DNA of 63,010 nucleotides from a virus (taxonomy: Duplodnaviria; Heunggongvirae; Uroviricota; Caudoviricetes), in the IMG/VR virus record IMGVR_UViG_3300028887_000002, positions 276,278 through 339,287 of that record. One strand, given 5' to 3'. Below, piece by piece: positions 27,960 through 37,688 of this stretch. Below the pieces are notes generated by a model that saw nothing but the letters and a program-made list of their open reading frames with translations, was not told the origin of the DNA and searched no databases. The translations under genes and the position numbers were made by a program. Position 1 is the first letter of the stretch. Every line of letters starts with the position of its first letter.

Positions 27960-28375
27960 ATCCCGAAGTTTCTAAATTTCATTATGTCGTATATCTCGTT
28001 GAAAAGTTCACCGATTACACCATCGTCAAAGCAAGAGTTGGCAAAGGCGTTGGAAAGCCACACCACGCTGTCGGGGCAGAACTTGCTGTGATACTCCACA
28101 TTTTCTGGCATACAGTAGTCTGGCTCGACCTTCGCCACATAGTCGGCAAGCAACGGCAACGCCTTATTGAACAAGTTGCGGCCAATCTTCACATTGTCTA
28201 TCGAACTGTCCTCCGAATATGTACTTATGTAGTCGTACTCCTGTCTGGCTATTTTGAGAAGGTCGTAGAACGGCTTGAATGTAGCCTCGAACTTCTCCGC
28301 CTTCTCCAGCGTATCGAACTCTATGCTCTCGTCAATGTCCGAGCGGTAAAATGTCTTCTTTATTTCCTCTATCAT
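27938..28375 (-). CDS. Hypothetical protein
   Basis: 145-aa ORF. Confidence 0.75.
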   Translation of the reverse strand: MIEEIKKTFYRSDIDESIEFDTLEKAEKFEATFKPFYDLLKIARQEYDYISTYSEDSSIDNVKIGRNLFNKALPLLADYVAKVEPDYCMPENVEYHSKFCPDSVVWLSNAFANSCFDDGVIGELFNEIYDIMKFRNFGIWIYRKE

Positions 28376-28379
28376 AACT

Positions 28380-28661
28380 TTAAAGTATATAAGTATTTAC
28401 ATCTTTGTTTACCATGCTCTTATACAAGTGCTCACCATATGTCTTGAAGTATATGTAGTCATTCATTTCCCTCTTATATCGGGTAAATGAAGTCTTACCA
28501 CTATCAATTAAGTCATATAAATGCAGTATTCGGCTATGACTAACATTATATGCTGAACCACTCCACCTAACGTCTATATCTTCAAGCGTTTCCATACATT
28601 TATTATATAGTCGCGCCCATTCCCAGTAATCTCTTTCATGTTTTTCTTTTTGCTTTGACAT
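28380..28661 (-). CDS. Hypothetical protein
   Basis: 93-aa ORF. Confidence 0.7.
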   Translation of the reverse strand: MSKQKEKHERDYWEWARLYNKCMETLEDIDVRWSGSAYNVSHSRILHLYDLIDSGKTSFTRYKREMNDYIYFKTYGEHLYKSMVNKDVNTYIL

Positions 28662-28663
28662 AA

Positions 28664-29035
28664 TTATAAAATATTTTCGTTATTAATATAATCACTTACC
28701 ATGATAATGGCCTTTTTAAAATTAGATTGTATTTTTGCATGTTCTGCCTTAATTTCTTCAAAATCTTCTTTCAGATTCTTTAAAAACTCATCTAAATCTG
28801 CAATCGCCCATCCAGAATCAATCGCTTCACTATCCATTTCTCGGTAATCGAGGCTTATATAATCATACTTCTCATAATCGTCATCTTTAAGATTCATCTT
28901 GCCATTAAAACAAAAATAGAAGTCATAACCATGATTATCCTGTATGTCAGTGATAACCCTATATGTAATCTCATAAGTGTCTAGGTCAAAACTGTATATC
29001 TTGTCGCCTACCTTTAAATCATTAAATGTCTTCAT
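28664..29035 (-). CDS. Hypothetical protein (DLKVGDKIY)
   Basis: 123 aa, downstream of -7 box 29062-29069. Confidence 0.75.
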   Translation of the reverse strand: MKTFNDLKVGDKIYSFDLDTYEITYRVITDIQDNHGYDFYFCFNGKMNLKDDDYEKYDYISLDYREMDSEAIDSGWAIADLDEFLKNLKEDFEEIKAEHAKIQSNFKKAIIMVSDYINNENIL

Positions 29036-29110
29036 ATCTTTCTTAATTTATTGAAACCGCACAAAGGTAAAACATATTTTTGATATGGCCAAGGAATTTT
29101 GAAAATTTTA

Positions 29111-29596
29111 TTAGCATTCATAATACATTAGAAAATATTTCTTCTCATTATATGTCGGGAATAACAGATACCCACTATAAGAATCTACACCATCAGTTCT
29201 TTGCCAACACGCATAATTGACATCATGTTCCCATTGCACTTTATATGAATTATTGCCATCTTCAAATGTAAGTTGAATATGCCCATTATCGTCAAGTTCT
29301 TTCTTAGGCTCAACATATCCAATAAAAACATTTACGTCATTCATCGCAACAGATTCTATAATATGTTCATTACTGCCACAGCATGATTCCGACAAATATT
29401 TCATAAATTCAGAATAAAATTTTATTTCCGTTTGCAAACGCTCAACAAAAATAGCATCAATGTCGTTGTCCATATATGCATTAGAAACCACATACTCTAA
29501 ATCCGTTGTCGTAAAATTCTCAATCACTCCGTTATCACCAACAACACGGTTTTCAAGTTCTCTCTGAACCGTATTCTTTAATTTTTCGATGTCCAT
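29111..29596 (-). CDS. Hypothetical protein
   Basis: 161-aa ORF. Confidence 0.75.
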   Translation of the reverse strand: MDIEKLKNTVQRELENRVVGDNGVIENFTTTDLEYVVSNAYMDNDIDAIFVERLQTEIKFYSEFMKYLSESCCGSNEHIIESVAMNDVNVFIGYVEPKKELDDNGHIQLTFEDGNNSYKVQWEHDVNYACWQRTDGVDSYSGYLLFPTYNEKKYFLMYYEC

Positions 29597-29599
29597 TTC

Positions 29600-30037
29600 T
29601 TATAAATTATATTTTTCTTTAATCCGTTGATATTCTCTCATATCTGCTTCCTTCTGCTCTTCCAGCGCTTTTTCTTCTTTAACCTTCTTATCGTTTTCAA
29701 CACCATCCCAGTATTCTTTCTCCCGTTCGATTCGTGCATCACGCTCTTCATCAGTTTCCAAACGAGAATAGCAAGGAATAAATGTTAACTCGTAACAACC
29801 TGCTATGCGGTTATATTCTTGTTTTATTTTGAAATAAGTGTCAGCATCAACATCTTCGGGATTCACATACGTTTTTTTAACCTTTTTCAACTCCCCTACA
29901 AGCCTAACCACTTCAATCTCGTTAAGAAACCCACTTCCAACGCCTTCATGCACATAATATTTAAACGGTTCATCAACTTTCAGCGAAAACGTTATTCTCT
30001 TTTTCTTGTCAGTAATATGATGCCCTTTATATTCCAT
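29600..30037 (-). CDS. Paralog family B protein
   Basis: MEYKGHHITD...ETDEERDARIEREK. Confidence 0.75.
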   Translation of the reverse strand: MEYKGHHITDKKKRITFSLKVDEPFKYYVHEGVGSGFLNEIEVVRLVGELKKVKKTYVNPEDVDADTYFKIKQEYNRIAGCYELTFIPCYSRLETDEERDARIEREKEYWDGVENDKKVKEEKALEEQKEADMREYQRIKEKYNL

Positions 30038-30051
30038 ACCAATTTCGTTTT

Positions 30052-30552
30052 TTACTTTGACAATATTTTATTCTTTTCACACCACTTATCATATGATATC
30101 GTCTTCACGCCATATTGTTTAAGAACATTCATCTGGTACCAATATGCGGCATAATTTTTATCACCCAAAATACGGGCAACTTGCTTTTTGTGATTTTCCT
30201 CTAACTTGTCGTACACTTCAACCCAATGGTCACATTGCTTCTTCCATTCGCTAATCCTAGCCTCACTTTCCAACGATGTTTCTTCACGCTCTATGACTTG
30301 CGTAAAGTTAACCACGTAATCGCTACACATCCCATCCTCATTATACACTGGCTCCTCTACCGATACTGATATATGGTAGCCCTTGACCTTGAAACCATCA
30401 TTCTCCATCTTCACAAGACGATTATCACACTTTTCCAAATATTTCCTAAACGTTTCCGCCGTCACGTCACAATCTTCAACACGTATGTATGTCTCCACAC
30501 CACACTCGGTGACGCTCATCTTGTCCGCTATTTCATAACCTTTATAATTCAT
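30052..30552 (-). CDS. Paralog family B protein
   Basis: MNYKGYEIAD...ETSLESEARISEWK. Confidence 0.75.
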   Translation of the reverse strand: MNYKGYEIADKMSVTECGVETYIRVEDCDVTAETFRKYLEKCDNRLVKMENDGFKVKGYHISVSVEEPVYNEDGMCSDYVVNFTQVIEREETSLESEARISEWKKQCDHWVEVYDKLEENHKKQVARILGDKNYAAYWYQMNVLKQYGVKTISYDKWCEKNKILSK

Positions 30553-30646
30553 TGTTATTCCTTTCTTTTAAATTAAACATCCGCAAAGTTAAACTTTATT
30601 ATCCAAACTACAAAGAAAAATCCTTTATTTCTTTGCCTCGTCAAGC

Positions 30647-31234
30647 CTACAGCATAAATCCGAACAACTCGGCAAGGTGAACATCATCTTCAATCTCCCT
30701 GAACCTCTCAATGCTATATGGTGTATCGTCAAGCCCGAACAGAAGTTTCCCGCCGTAGTGTGTTTCGCCGTACACACATATTGCTTCCTTCTGCGCTGGG
30801 GTAAGCGGTGTCGGCTTCTTCCCGTCCAAGCAGAAATACCCCTCGTGCATCACGCGGTTGCCACAGGTCTTCACATACCCAAGAACACCAAGCAGATAGA
30901 AATCCTTGCCCCGCTCGTAGTCGTCTGGCATCCTTATGCCACAGTGCTCCATAATCGCATCGGCAAGTTGGATATGCAGGAAGTTCGCGGTCGTGCCGTT
31001 AAGCCCGTAGAATGTCCCGTCGGGAGCAATGAACCCAGCATCATACTTCTCCTTTATGTCGCACGGCTTGAAGTTGCCGACCGCCTCGTCTATCGCCCTT
31101 TGGCTTTCAAGGTATGTGTCAAGCGCAGCATCGTCCGTGCAATTCTGAGCCGAGATATTTTTCGTATTCAACCTGATAAGTTCTGTGTTTTCCGTATCCA
31201 TATTTTTTTCTCCCATTTTTAATTCTGTTACCAA
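30647..31234 (-). CDS. Hypothetical protein (GFIAPDGTFY...HIQLAD)
   Basis: ORF; start may be 31204. Confidence 0.75.
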   Translation of the reverse strand: MVTELKMGEKNMDTENTELIRLNTKNISAQNCTDDAALDTYLESQRAIDEAVGNFKPCDIKEKYDAGFIAPDGTFYGLNGTTANFLHIQLADAIMEHCGIRMPDDYERGKDFYLLGVLGYVKTCGNRVMHEGYFCLDGKKPTPLTPAQKEAICVYGETHYGGKLLFGLDDTPYSIERFREIEDDVHLAELFGFML

Positions 31235-31285
31235 TCAATTCAACCGCAAAGGTATATACTATTTTGAAACCACCAAAGAAAATTC

Positions 31286-31774
31286 TTATTTATTTTCCTC
31301 CAGCAGTTCCTCGTTGGTAAGCATCCTTCCCTTCCCCCTAACCACGCTTGCAATAGAACTGTTCGTCATAAGTGCGACCTTCATGTGTTTCTCTAAAAGC
31401 AACCTGATTTCTTCCTCTATCCCGTCCATTGTCTTCTTCCCTTCAGCATATATGCCTTCAAGCAACTCAGCAGTACCGCCGTCAACCTCATATATCCCAC
31501 GCCCATTGCTGTTATCTTCACCCGATAGTTGAGGTAGTTCAAAGTTATTCCCGTAAATGAACGTATCGTTTTTACTATGGGTAAAACTAACCTCCTTGCT
31601 TAATGAAATATTATTGATGTTATACACCTTAGCAAAATAATTCATAAACAATTCTGAATAAACAACCTTGGGCAACTTGTCAATAATGCCAGCCCCAGTG
31701 GTCTCATGCGCCTCGCCGTCACTGGCCTCATAATACTCGCCAGTTGACAATAGGACATACTTCTTATCTTCCAT
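31286..31774 (-). CDS. Hypothetical protein
   Basis: 162-aa ORF. Confidence 0.75.
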   Translation of the reverse strand: MEDKKYVLLSTGEYYEASDGEAHETTGAGIIDKLPKVVYSELFMNYFAKVYNINNISLSKEVSFTHSKNDTFIYGNNFELPQLSGEDNSNGRGIYEVDGGTAELLEGIYAEGKKTMDGIEEEIRLLLEKHMKVALMTNSSIASVVRGKGRMLTNEELLEENK

Positions 31775-31779
31775 AACTA

Positions 31780-32157
31780 CTACTCCACCTTGACAACCTT
31801 GTACCCGAAACCCCGCAGAAGTTTTATGGCGTCAGAAATCTCCTTACCCATGTCAACCTTCTCCACAATCGCATTGTACCTTGTAAGGGACATCTTGTTC
31901 GGTCTGCATTCATAATTTGCAATTACATTATTAACTTCATATCCTGCCATCTTATCTGTCCAGTTTTCAGTCTCTGGACGGCTATCCAAAAAACCATTCA
32001 GATGTTTTATCGCTTCCTCTTTCGTAGCAAAGTCATACGAGTTCTTGACTGTAATTCTTTCTTCCATTCCCGAATATACATCCCACTGATTGCCTTGGCC
32101 ATTGTTGATAACCTCCGTCTTTAAAAGCCTTACCCGATAATAAACCTCATTCTTCAT
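31780..32157 (-). CDS. Hypothetical protein
   Basis: 125-aa ORF. Confidence 0.75.
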   Translation of the reverse strand: MKNEVYYRVRLLKTEVINNGQGNQWDVYSGMEERITVKNSYDFATKEEAIKHLNGFLDSRPETENWTDKMAGYEVNNVIANYECRPNKMSLTRYNAIVEKVDMGKEISDAIKLLRGFGYKVVKVE

Positions 32158-32193
32158 AGCACTTTCATATTTAAAAATTCTTACATACGTTAA

Positions 32194-32640
32194 TTAAAAC
32201 ACCTTGTCAGTCATCTCATACCACATGCCAACCTTCGCCCCGTCAAGCAGATGCTCGAACTCATCCTCAAATATCTTCAATACTGCATCCTTCGCCTTCC
32301 AACCTTCCCTTACGGAGTTGATATACATCTCCCCTACAGCATCATACGGCAGGTCACTGTAATTATGCTCTTCCGCATACTTCATCGTACTGTCAAGCAC
32401 AGCCTTAACACTGTCATCACTGAATACGTATTTGTAGATGATTGTATGACCGCAACTTTCATACGAACTGTAAAGAACATATACCCCGTAGCCGTTCTCA
32501 ATGCTAAATTCCCTCACCCACAGCTCAGACTTGTAAGAACGTCCATCCACCTTGGACTGCAAATCACTCACACTGCCGAACACATTCTCCAATACCTCTT
32601 CAAACTTCAGTTTTTCTTGCATAACTTTATCTCCTTTCAT
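32194..32640 (-). CDS. Hypothetical protein
   Basis: 148 aa, downstream of cassette promoter 32677. Confidence 0.75.
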   Translation of the reverse strand: MKGDKVMQEKLKFEEVLENVFGSVSDLQSKVDGRSYKSELWVREFSIENGYGVYVLYSSYESCGHTIIYKYVFSDDSVKAVLDSTMKYAEEHNYSDLPYDAVGEMYINSVREGWKAKDAVLKIFEDEFEHLLDGAKVGMWYEMTDKVF

Positions 32641-32659
32641 CTTTAAATTCTTACATGCG

Positions 32660-32706
32660 TTATTATAACACTCCCGAAGCTGAAACGTTCATTTTCGGCG
32701 TGTGAA
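32660..32706 (-). promoter_or_regulatory. Phage promoter/stem-loop cassette
   Basis: Core AAGCTGAAACGTTCA 32677-32691 with CCGAA/TTCGG arms. Confidence 0.75.
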
Positions 32707-32724
32707 GTTTTATTTTTCCGAATG

Positions 32725-33060
32725 TCAGCAACTTCCATAGCGGTAACTCGACACACATTCGGAAAGTTGGTCTTTCACCGCCTCCCAGTCGGCTTCGGTC
32801 ATCTCCTCATCGGCATAGGAGGAAATATCGAACTGCCTGTCGGTGCGTTTGCCATCCTTGTCCCAGATGTGATAGTCGTCATACTCACAGTCCCCGACAA
32901 TGAAGCCGAGAGCGTCGAGTTTTTTCACATCTTCAAGCGACATAGCATTCACATCAACATCCCAGATGCGCATAATGTCGTGCTCGCAAGCCACAAGGTG
33001 CTCCTCTGGATTCTTTATAAACTTAAGCAGGTACAGCAATGCTTCTATCAACTGTTTCAT
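32725..33060 (-). CDS. Acidic hypothetical protein
   Basis: 111-aa ORF. Confidence 0.75.
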   Translation of the reverse strand: MKQLIEALLYLLKFIKNPEEHLVACEHDIMRIWDVDVNAMSLEDVKKLDALGFIVGDCEYDDYHIWDKDGKRTDRQFDISSYADEEMTEADWEAVKDQLSECVSSYRYGSC

Positions 33061-33085
33061 ATTTTTAATATTTATTTTATATAAA

Positions 33086-33712
33086 TTATTTTTTATTTTC
33101 GCCTAATAAGTTTTGTAACTGTCTTTTATGTTCTTCCGCTTGTGGAACGCCAGAGAAATTATAATAGTTGAACAATATTATTAGTTCCCTATCTGATATT
33201 TCACTAAGCCTTTTATCATTTATAAAGGAATAATATACGTTTGCAGTTAAAAAATTGATTCTTGTTTTTAAAAATCTAATTGCTGACGCATCGAAATCCT
33301 TATAATATATCGTTTTTCCATTACAATTTATTGGAAACTCATTGTGTAAAAATTTGTACAATGTAAGTATGCGCTGCTTACCATCTATAACTTTGATAAT
33401 CGCCTTATCATTATCGCGCTGAGCATTGTCCCTAAACTCCACTACAACAAACGGAAGTATCGGTTTCTCCAAAAGTAAATCCGTTATAAAATTATTTTGC
33501 TGGTACCACTCCCATACATAAGGGCGTTGTAGATTAATGCCATATGTCGGAAGGAACACATCAAAATCATATGTCTTGTAATCGTTTTCAATTGTTTCTG
33601 ACGATATTGCATCAAACAAAAAAGGGTCAAAACATAACCCAGTATTCACTATAATGTCTTTCGGTAATGAATTTAATTCGTTAAGTTCTTCTATACTTTC
33701 CCTTGTAAACAT
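33086..33712 (-). CDS. DUF262 (ParB-like/GmrSD N-terminal) domain protein
   Basis: LQRPYVWE...FI..LL...P...VIDGKQR..TL..F. Confidence 0.8.
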   Translation of the reverse strand: MFTRESIEELNELNSLPKDIIVNTGLCFDPFLFDAISSETIENDYKTYDFDVFLPTYGINLQRPYVWEWYQQNNFITDLLLEKPILPFVVVEFRDNAQRDNDKAIIKVIDGKQRILTLYKFLHNEFPINCNGKTIYYKDFDASAIRFLKTRINFLTANVYYSFINDKRLSEISDRELIILFNYYNFSGVPQAEEHKRQLQNLLGENKK

Positions 33713-34075
33713 ATACTAATTCTTTTAAAGTTTCACAGCGCAAATATAAACCATGTTTTTGAGACCACCAAACTTTTTATCGTTTATTTTATATACGGTA
33801 GGGTGGCAGTTGATACCCCTTGCACACCACTACAATATAACCCCTCCGAAGTTGGTACGTTCATTTTTACACCCTCGTTTTAGGTTGATTTTCTTGTCAT
33901 TACCAACTTGTTGTAAACCAATGTGTTGGAAACACAAAATTTACAACGGACATATAATGAGAGAGTTACGAGGGGACGGACGGACGTCCGCAAGGGTTGC
34001 CATTGGAACAGTAAACGGTTGATTCTGAGGGACGTGGGCAACCCGCAGGGTGGACGGTCTGTTTAAAAAGTCGGT

Positions 34076-34108
34076 GGGGGTTTGTGGGACGTTGTGGGGG
34101 AAGGTGGG
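34076..34108 (+). other. Canonical G-quadruplex motif in a non-coding G-rich region
   Basis: GGGGG-TTTGT-GGG-ACGTTGT-GGGGG-AAGGT-GGG. Confidence 0.55.
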
Positions 34109-34349
34109 CGGATAGGACTGTGGGGCGTCCCCTCCCACCCCCAAACGCCTAAAATTTTTTTCGTCCTGTTTCATTTTATTTTTTATCCAATATTATATTG
34201 CCCGAATATCTTTTTTGCTTCATATTAATTAATAAATCAACTACCGTCCCCAAGGGCGTGTGTCTGGGGGGTGGATAAGTAAAAGGGGACGGGCTAATTT
34301 CATCAACCGAAGCCCATCCCCTCAAAAGAATATGGAAGTTAAAGAAAAG

Positions 34350-35234
34350 TTAAAGTATAAAAACAGAAGGGTCAACCCCATAGGGATTTTTCTTCTGATG
34401 TGTATTTTGTATAAGTAATTTGCAGATTGTGGAAATTTCGTTAATGACTGGGTGAGCCTCCGTTGATATTCGTCTGAAGAAGAGGTTATACCAATCTGTT
34501 TCAAAACCGCACATTACGATTTCAGCCTTAACGCCCAGTGGTAGGACGTCCCTTGCGTCCTGTGGGTGTAATCCGTCAGCCAGCATATTGAGGTAATCTT
34601 TTTCGTCCCGTTCGTATGCTTTGATTTTTTTATCGGCAGACGCGCCCGTTGGTCTTATGAAAGTTAGTTCGCCGTTGAACTTACCAGCGGAGTAGTTGCA
34701 GAGGCGGGTTGACTCCATGAGTGAAGATATGGCTGTGTGCGTCTTGAACTCATCGCATATTCCACGGGAAGCGGTTATGAAGAGCATGTGTCTTTTTGGG
34801 TGGTGTGGCGTTGGTTCAGTCCAGTATATGTTCATGTCGTCGATGAGGTTGTCCTTGTAGCCAGTACGGATAGCAGTTTCGGCGTCCTTAGAGAAACCTT
34901 CCATAATGACGCGGAAGTTTGTCGTGACGTATAGGTGCTGGCCGTCGGTGGTGCACATTGAAAATTTGTTGTTGTTGAAGAACGCCGTCAGCCTTGCGGT
35001 CAGTTCCCTGTGCTGGTCGGTGAAGTTGAATGGGATTGTGAGGTAGACTGTGCCGAACTCAAGTGGTCTTGAGTGTCCTTTCGGGAGGAGAATATTTTCA
35101 ACGAATTCCTTTGGGGATAGTTTTGACTTTTCAGTCTGGTAGCAGACCCAGGCGGCCTTCTGTATAGCCTTGTACATACCTTCAAGTCCTGGTTCCTGCT
35201 GGTAGTAGGTTACGGAGTTATTTACTAGTTTCAT
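34350..35234 (-). CDS. thyX: ThyX-like flavin-dependent thymidylate synthase with aberrant signature
   Basis: H.RPLEFGTVYL, R....E...H......ESTR.CNYS, PQDARDVLPL; start MKLVNNSV at 35234. Confidence 0.75.
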   Translation of the reverse strand: MKLVNNSVTYYQQEPGLEGMYKAIQKAAWVCYQTEKSKLSPKEFVENILLPKGHSRPLEFGTVYLTIPFNFTDQHRELTARLTAFFNNNKFSMCTTDGQHLYVTTNFRVIMEGFSKDAETAIRTGYKDNLIDDMNIYWTEPTPHHPKRHMLFITASRGICDEFKTHTAISSLMESTRLCNYSAGKFNGELTFIRPTGASADKKIKAYERDEKDYLNMLADGLHPQDARDVLPLGVKAEIVMCGFETDWYNLFFRRISTEAHPVINEISTICKLLIQNTHQKKNPYGVDPSVFIL

Positions 35235-35330
35235 ATTTGTGATAAATTTATTTGTTGAATAAATATAGTGAGATAGGATATTTGAACCAATAGATAATGC
35301 GGGGTTTGTCTGTGGGGGGTGGTAAAAAAA

Positions 35331-35348
35331 TGTACTCAAACGAGTACA
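35331..35348. repeat. 18-bp palindrome TGTACTCAAACGAGTACA, copy 1 of 9
   Basis: Exact copies at 35331, 35914, 38095, 39865, 42041, 43641, 45641, 48222 and 51745. Confidence 0.95.
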
Positions 35349-35503
35349 GGGGGTGGGGGTATATGTTTTATAGGGTTTTGCCTGTCGGGGGTGTAGGATA
35401 AAAAAAAATGACCGCCCCGAAAAAGAAAGGAGTAGTAAGTAAACGGGGTGGTCGGTGTTACTTTAATTAAAAATAAGATATTTATGGATAAAATTGTAGA
35501 TGC

Positions 35504-35767
35504 TTAGAGCAGTGCCACGGCAGACCAGAGGGCTGATGCAATAATTATCAGTATTATGAAACATCCCATATTGTTTATTCTGAGTGACGTTGGTTTTGAT
35601 GCGCGGGTATATACGTGCTTTATACCAAAGGCAATGAAAACAATCCAGAATATCAGTATTGCCGTTGTTGATATTGCGCCCGACAGGGCAAGCCAGTAAA
35701 TCCACATAGTCTTAAATCCTTTCGTTGTTATTAGACGATGCAAATATATATGTAATATTTCAAACAA
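35504..35767 (-). CDS. Small membrane protein (start uncertain)
   Basis: Two hydrophobic segments; downstream of -7 box 35741-35748, so probably starts at MWIYW. Confidence 0.45.
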   Translation of the reverse strand: MFEILHIYLHRLITTKGFKTMWIYWLALSGAISTTAILIFWIVFIAFGIKHVYTRASKPTSLRINNMGCFIILIIIASALWSAVALL

Positions 35768-36045
35768 CCAAACATTTTTTTATTTTTTTTTGTTATGGAC
35801 GTAAATTTTATGGGTATCAAAATAAGTAATGGGATTGTTGCTGGCGGCGATGAGGTGTATGGGGATATACTTTATATCATTTGATATGGGGATTTGAAAC
35901 TACACTATAAAAATGTACTCAAACGAGTACAGGGGGGGTGGGGGTATCGCTGGGGAACGAAAAATGCAGTTCATATAAAGTGAAGGAAAAATTCCCATAG
36001 GGATTTTTGAAAAAGTGTGTATTTCGTATAAAAACGAGTAGATAC

Positions 36046-36084
36046 AAAAAAAACCTCCGACGGATTGGGGGTCGCTGTCGGAGG
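36046..36084 (-). terminator. Intrinsic terminator
   Basis: CCTCCGAC/GTCGGAGG stem with A8 on the + strand. Confidence 0.7.
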
Positions 36085-36137
36085 AAAAGACATAAGTAAT
36101 TAAATGAAACTAAAAAATGTGAAAAATGAGTGCGTTG

Positions 36138-36362
36138 TTAGTTGGTGTCCCTGTCCCTGCGGTGCTGTCTATACTGACGTAGGGCGAGGATGAATATTAC
36201 TGACAGGAGTATGTCGAACACTATTGTCACAGCGTAGAGCGTCCTAATACCCACCTGGGGGTTGCATTCAGGTCTGAACACCTGCCAGTTGATAAATGCT
36301 ATTGCAAGGAGGGGGATTATGAGTCCCGTAATCTCCATTATGCTTTCAAGTCTGTTTTCCAT
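36138..36362 (-). CDS. Small membrane protein
   Basis: Two TM-like segments, basic tail. Confidence 0.65.
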   Translation of the reverse strand: MENRLESIMEITGLIIPLLAIAFINWQVFRPECNPQVGIRTLYAVTIVFDILLSVIFILALRQYRQHRRDRDTN

Positions 36363-36363
36363 A

Positions 36364-36858
36364 TTAGTCGTTGCTGTCTATTGTTATTCCGTTCTGCTGA
36401 AGTTCCTCAGGGGTTGCGAGGCGATAATGGCCGTCGATGATAATCGTCGGGTGGATGTCTTCGGTATCATTGCACATTGGTGCGTTGCTGGTTTGGAAAG
36501 TGTAGTATAATAGCACCCCGCGTAGCACAATGTCCTTTATCTGGAATATCGTTCCGTTATCATCCTTCCTGACAATCCAGTCGCCCTTCTTGAACTTGAC
36601 TAAGGGTTGCGGGACTGGTGCCACGCGGTCGGAACAGATAACTAGGTCATCTACGAACTTGTTGAGACTATTTTCCTCCCCGCGTAGTGTGTACAACTTA
36701 TGTGCATATATACCTAGTAGGCATAACAGGCAGAATATGTTGACGCACAGGATTACCATGGCTGGTGCTGAGACTGGGATTAGCATTAGTGTTATGTTGA
36801 AATTGATGTTCCCTATAATCATCAGGAGCATTATTATTAAGTCTGTCTTGTTGTTCAT
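36364..36858 (-). CDS. Membrane protein with KFKKGDWIV...YRLAT.EE module
   Basis: Module shared with 47104, 54671 and 57138. Confidence 0.7.
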   Translation of the reverse strand: MNNKTDLIIMLLMIIGNINFNITLMLIPVSAPAMVILCVNIFCLLCLLGIYAHKLYTLRGEENSLNKFVDDLVICSDRVAPVPQPLVKFKKGDWIVRKDDNGTIFQIKDIVLRGVLLYYTFQTSNAPMCNDTEDIHPTIIIDGHYRLATPEELQQNGITIDSND

Positions 36859-37043
36859 AGTACGATAATTCCTTTCTTATTTTTCAGATGTTGCAAATAT
36901 ATGTTTTATTTCTGAGACTGGCAAGAAAAAAGTTTAATAATTTATGAGTGGAAGTTTTGCGGCGCTATCAGAGGAGAATTCTTGATTCGCAATAATAGTT
37001 TTATTCACTTTGGCGATATCTTTCTCCTTTCAATTTATTTGAA

Positions 37044-37466
37044 TTATTGATTTGGTTCGCCAAACCCGCACGACAACATTTTCTTGCAGGCGTTGTCGTA
37101 TGCAGCCATGAATTCCTCCTTTGTGATTTCTTGCAGCATATCAGATTCGATGTACGAATAGTCCTGTGTGTGGTCGAGATGGACTTCGTTGTTGTGGGAA
37201 TCAAACCTGAAACAGATTCTATCACATACAAAATCGGCGCTATCATTGATATCTCTGACAAGGACATATTCTGTCCATATTTTAGAATCTTCTACAATCT
37301 TGAAGTACTTTCCGACGAATCTGTCGTGCAAGTCATTCCGTAAGAATTCATGGTATTCTTCCTTGGCTTCGTTGATTTGCCTGCCGATTCTGTCGAGTTC
37401 AGACTTCCGACCGTAATACATTTCTTCAAGTTCGGCGATTTTCGCCTTAAATTCGTTGCAGTCCAT
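37044..37466 (-). CDS. Hypothetical coiled-coil protein
   Basis: 140-aa ORF. Confidence 0.75.
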   Translation of the reverse strand: MDCNEFKAKIAELEEMYYGRKSELDRIGRQINEAKEEYHEFLRNDLHDRFVGKYFKIVEDSKIWTEYVLVRDINDSADFVCDRICFRFDSHNNEVHLDHTQDYSYIESDMLQEITKEEFMAAYDNACKKMLSCGFGEPNQ

Positions 37467-37486
37467 TTCTTTTCAATTTATTTGAA

Positions 37487-37684
37487 TTAATAATTTGGTT
37501 GTTTCATTCTTGTGTTCGCGATGAAGGACTTGTTGGAACCGTTCAGGGTTATTTCCCCGCATGGAACCCAGTCGCCGTTGGAATATACCTTCACCTTTGT
37601 GCCCTTACAGTTCTTCTGCTTCATCTGCTTCTTTGCTTCCGATAGGGAGAAGTATTCTTCCCCGTCAACATAATAGATTGTCAT
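37487..37684 (-). CDS. Small basic protein
   Basis: 65-aa ORF. Confidence 0.7.
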   Translation of the reverse strand: MTIYYVDGEEYFSLSEAKKQMKQKNCKGTKVKVYSNGDWVPCGEITLNGSNKSFIANTRMKQPNY

Positions 37685-37688
37685 GGTT

